Part shown: one piece after another, positions 63,886 through 64,000 of the stretch
How positions within the stretch are numbered: the first letter of the stretch is position 1
Layout: each line of letters opens with the position of its first letter
Origin: Phoronis australis
Lineage: Eukaryota; Animalia; Phoronida
DNA length: 64,000 nt
NCBI GenBank assembly: GCA_002633005.1
Contig: NMRA01000219.1
Span: 119,236-183,235 of the forward strand
Direction of reading: 5' to 3'
Notes under the pieces: generated by a model
The model's input: the letters and a program-made list of their open reading frames with translations, nothing else
What the model was told of the DNA's origin: nothing
Database searches by the model: none
Translations under genes and position numbers: made by a program

Positions 63886-64000
63886 GGCTTGGAATGACCA
63901 ATGACAAAAAAGAGGAAAATTCTCTAGGTAATGTATTGTTCCATAAAAAGGCTTGTGTGAAAGAAATATCTTTTGTGTTGAAATAAACATTTTTGCATGA
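63886..64000 (+). mobile_element. 5' part of another copy of the CAGGGCTTGGAAT MITE family
   Basis: GGCTTGGAATGACCAATGACAAAAAAGAGGAAAATT..., colinear with the copies at 8844 and 55098; runs off the window edge. Confidence 0.75.

Overview
Eukaryotic (animal, AT-rich, intron-rich, probably marine invertebrate; taxon not provable from sequence) draft-assembly window. Reading splice sites by hand gives: a complete 6-exon NDUFS3 (minus, 9589-17458, 262 aa); a complete CDK10 (plus, 25917-39307, 14 coding exons, about 369 aa); the 3' 18 exons (about 838 codons) of a large uncharacterised, probably helical-repeat gene (minus, 44459 to beyond 63761); an intronless 868-aa orphan ORF with four degenerate internal repeats (plus, 20586-23192) between the head-to-head NDUFS3 and CDK10; and an early exon of a probable type II membrane protein gene (minus, 2689-2893). 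The rest is rich in non-autonomous DNA transposons (MULE with 9-bp TSD, hAT-like with atypical 6-bp and 5-bp TSDs, Tc1/mariner, Kolobok-like, Helentron-like), a LINE reverse-transcriptase fossil and tRNA-derived foldback elements. The most unusual signals are (i) three independent tandem duplications that copy splice sites in the unknown gene, including an array of about 12 copies of one 3' splice site, (ii) the orphan repeat-protein gene bracketed by two same-orientation MITEs, and (iii) tRNA-SINE-derived palindromes. Two exon-containing duplications joined by a single N are most likely haplotype assembly artefacts. No prokaryotic system and no CRISPR array is present.
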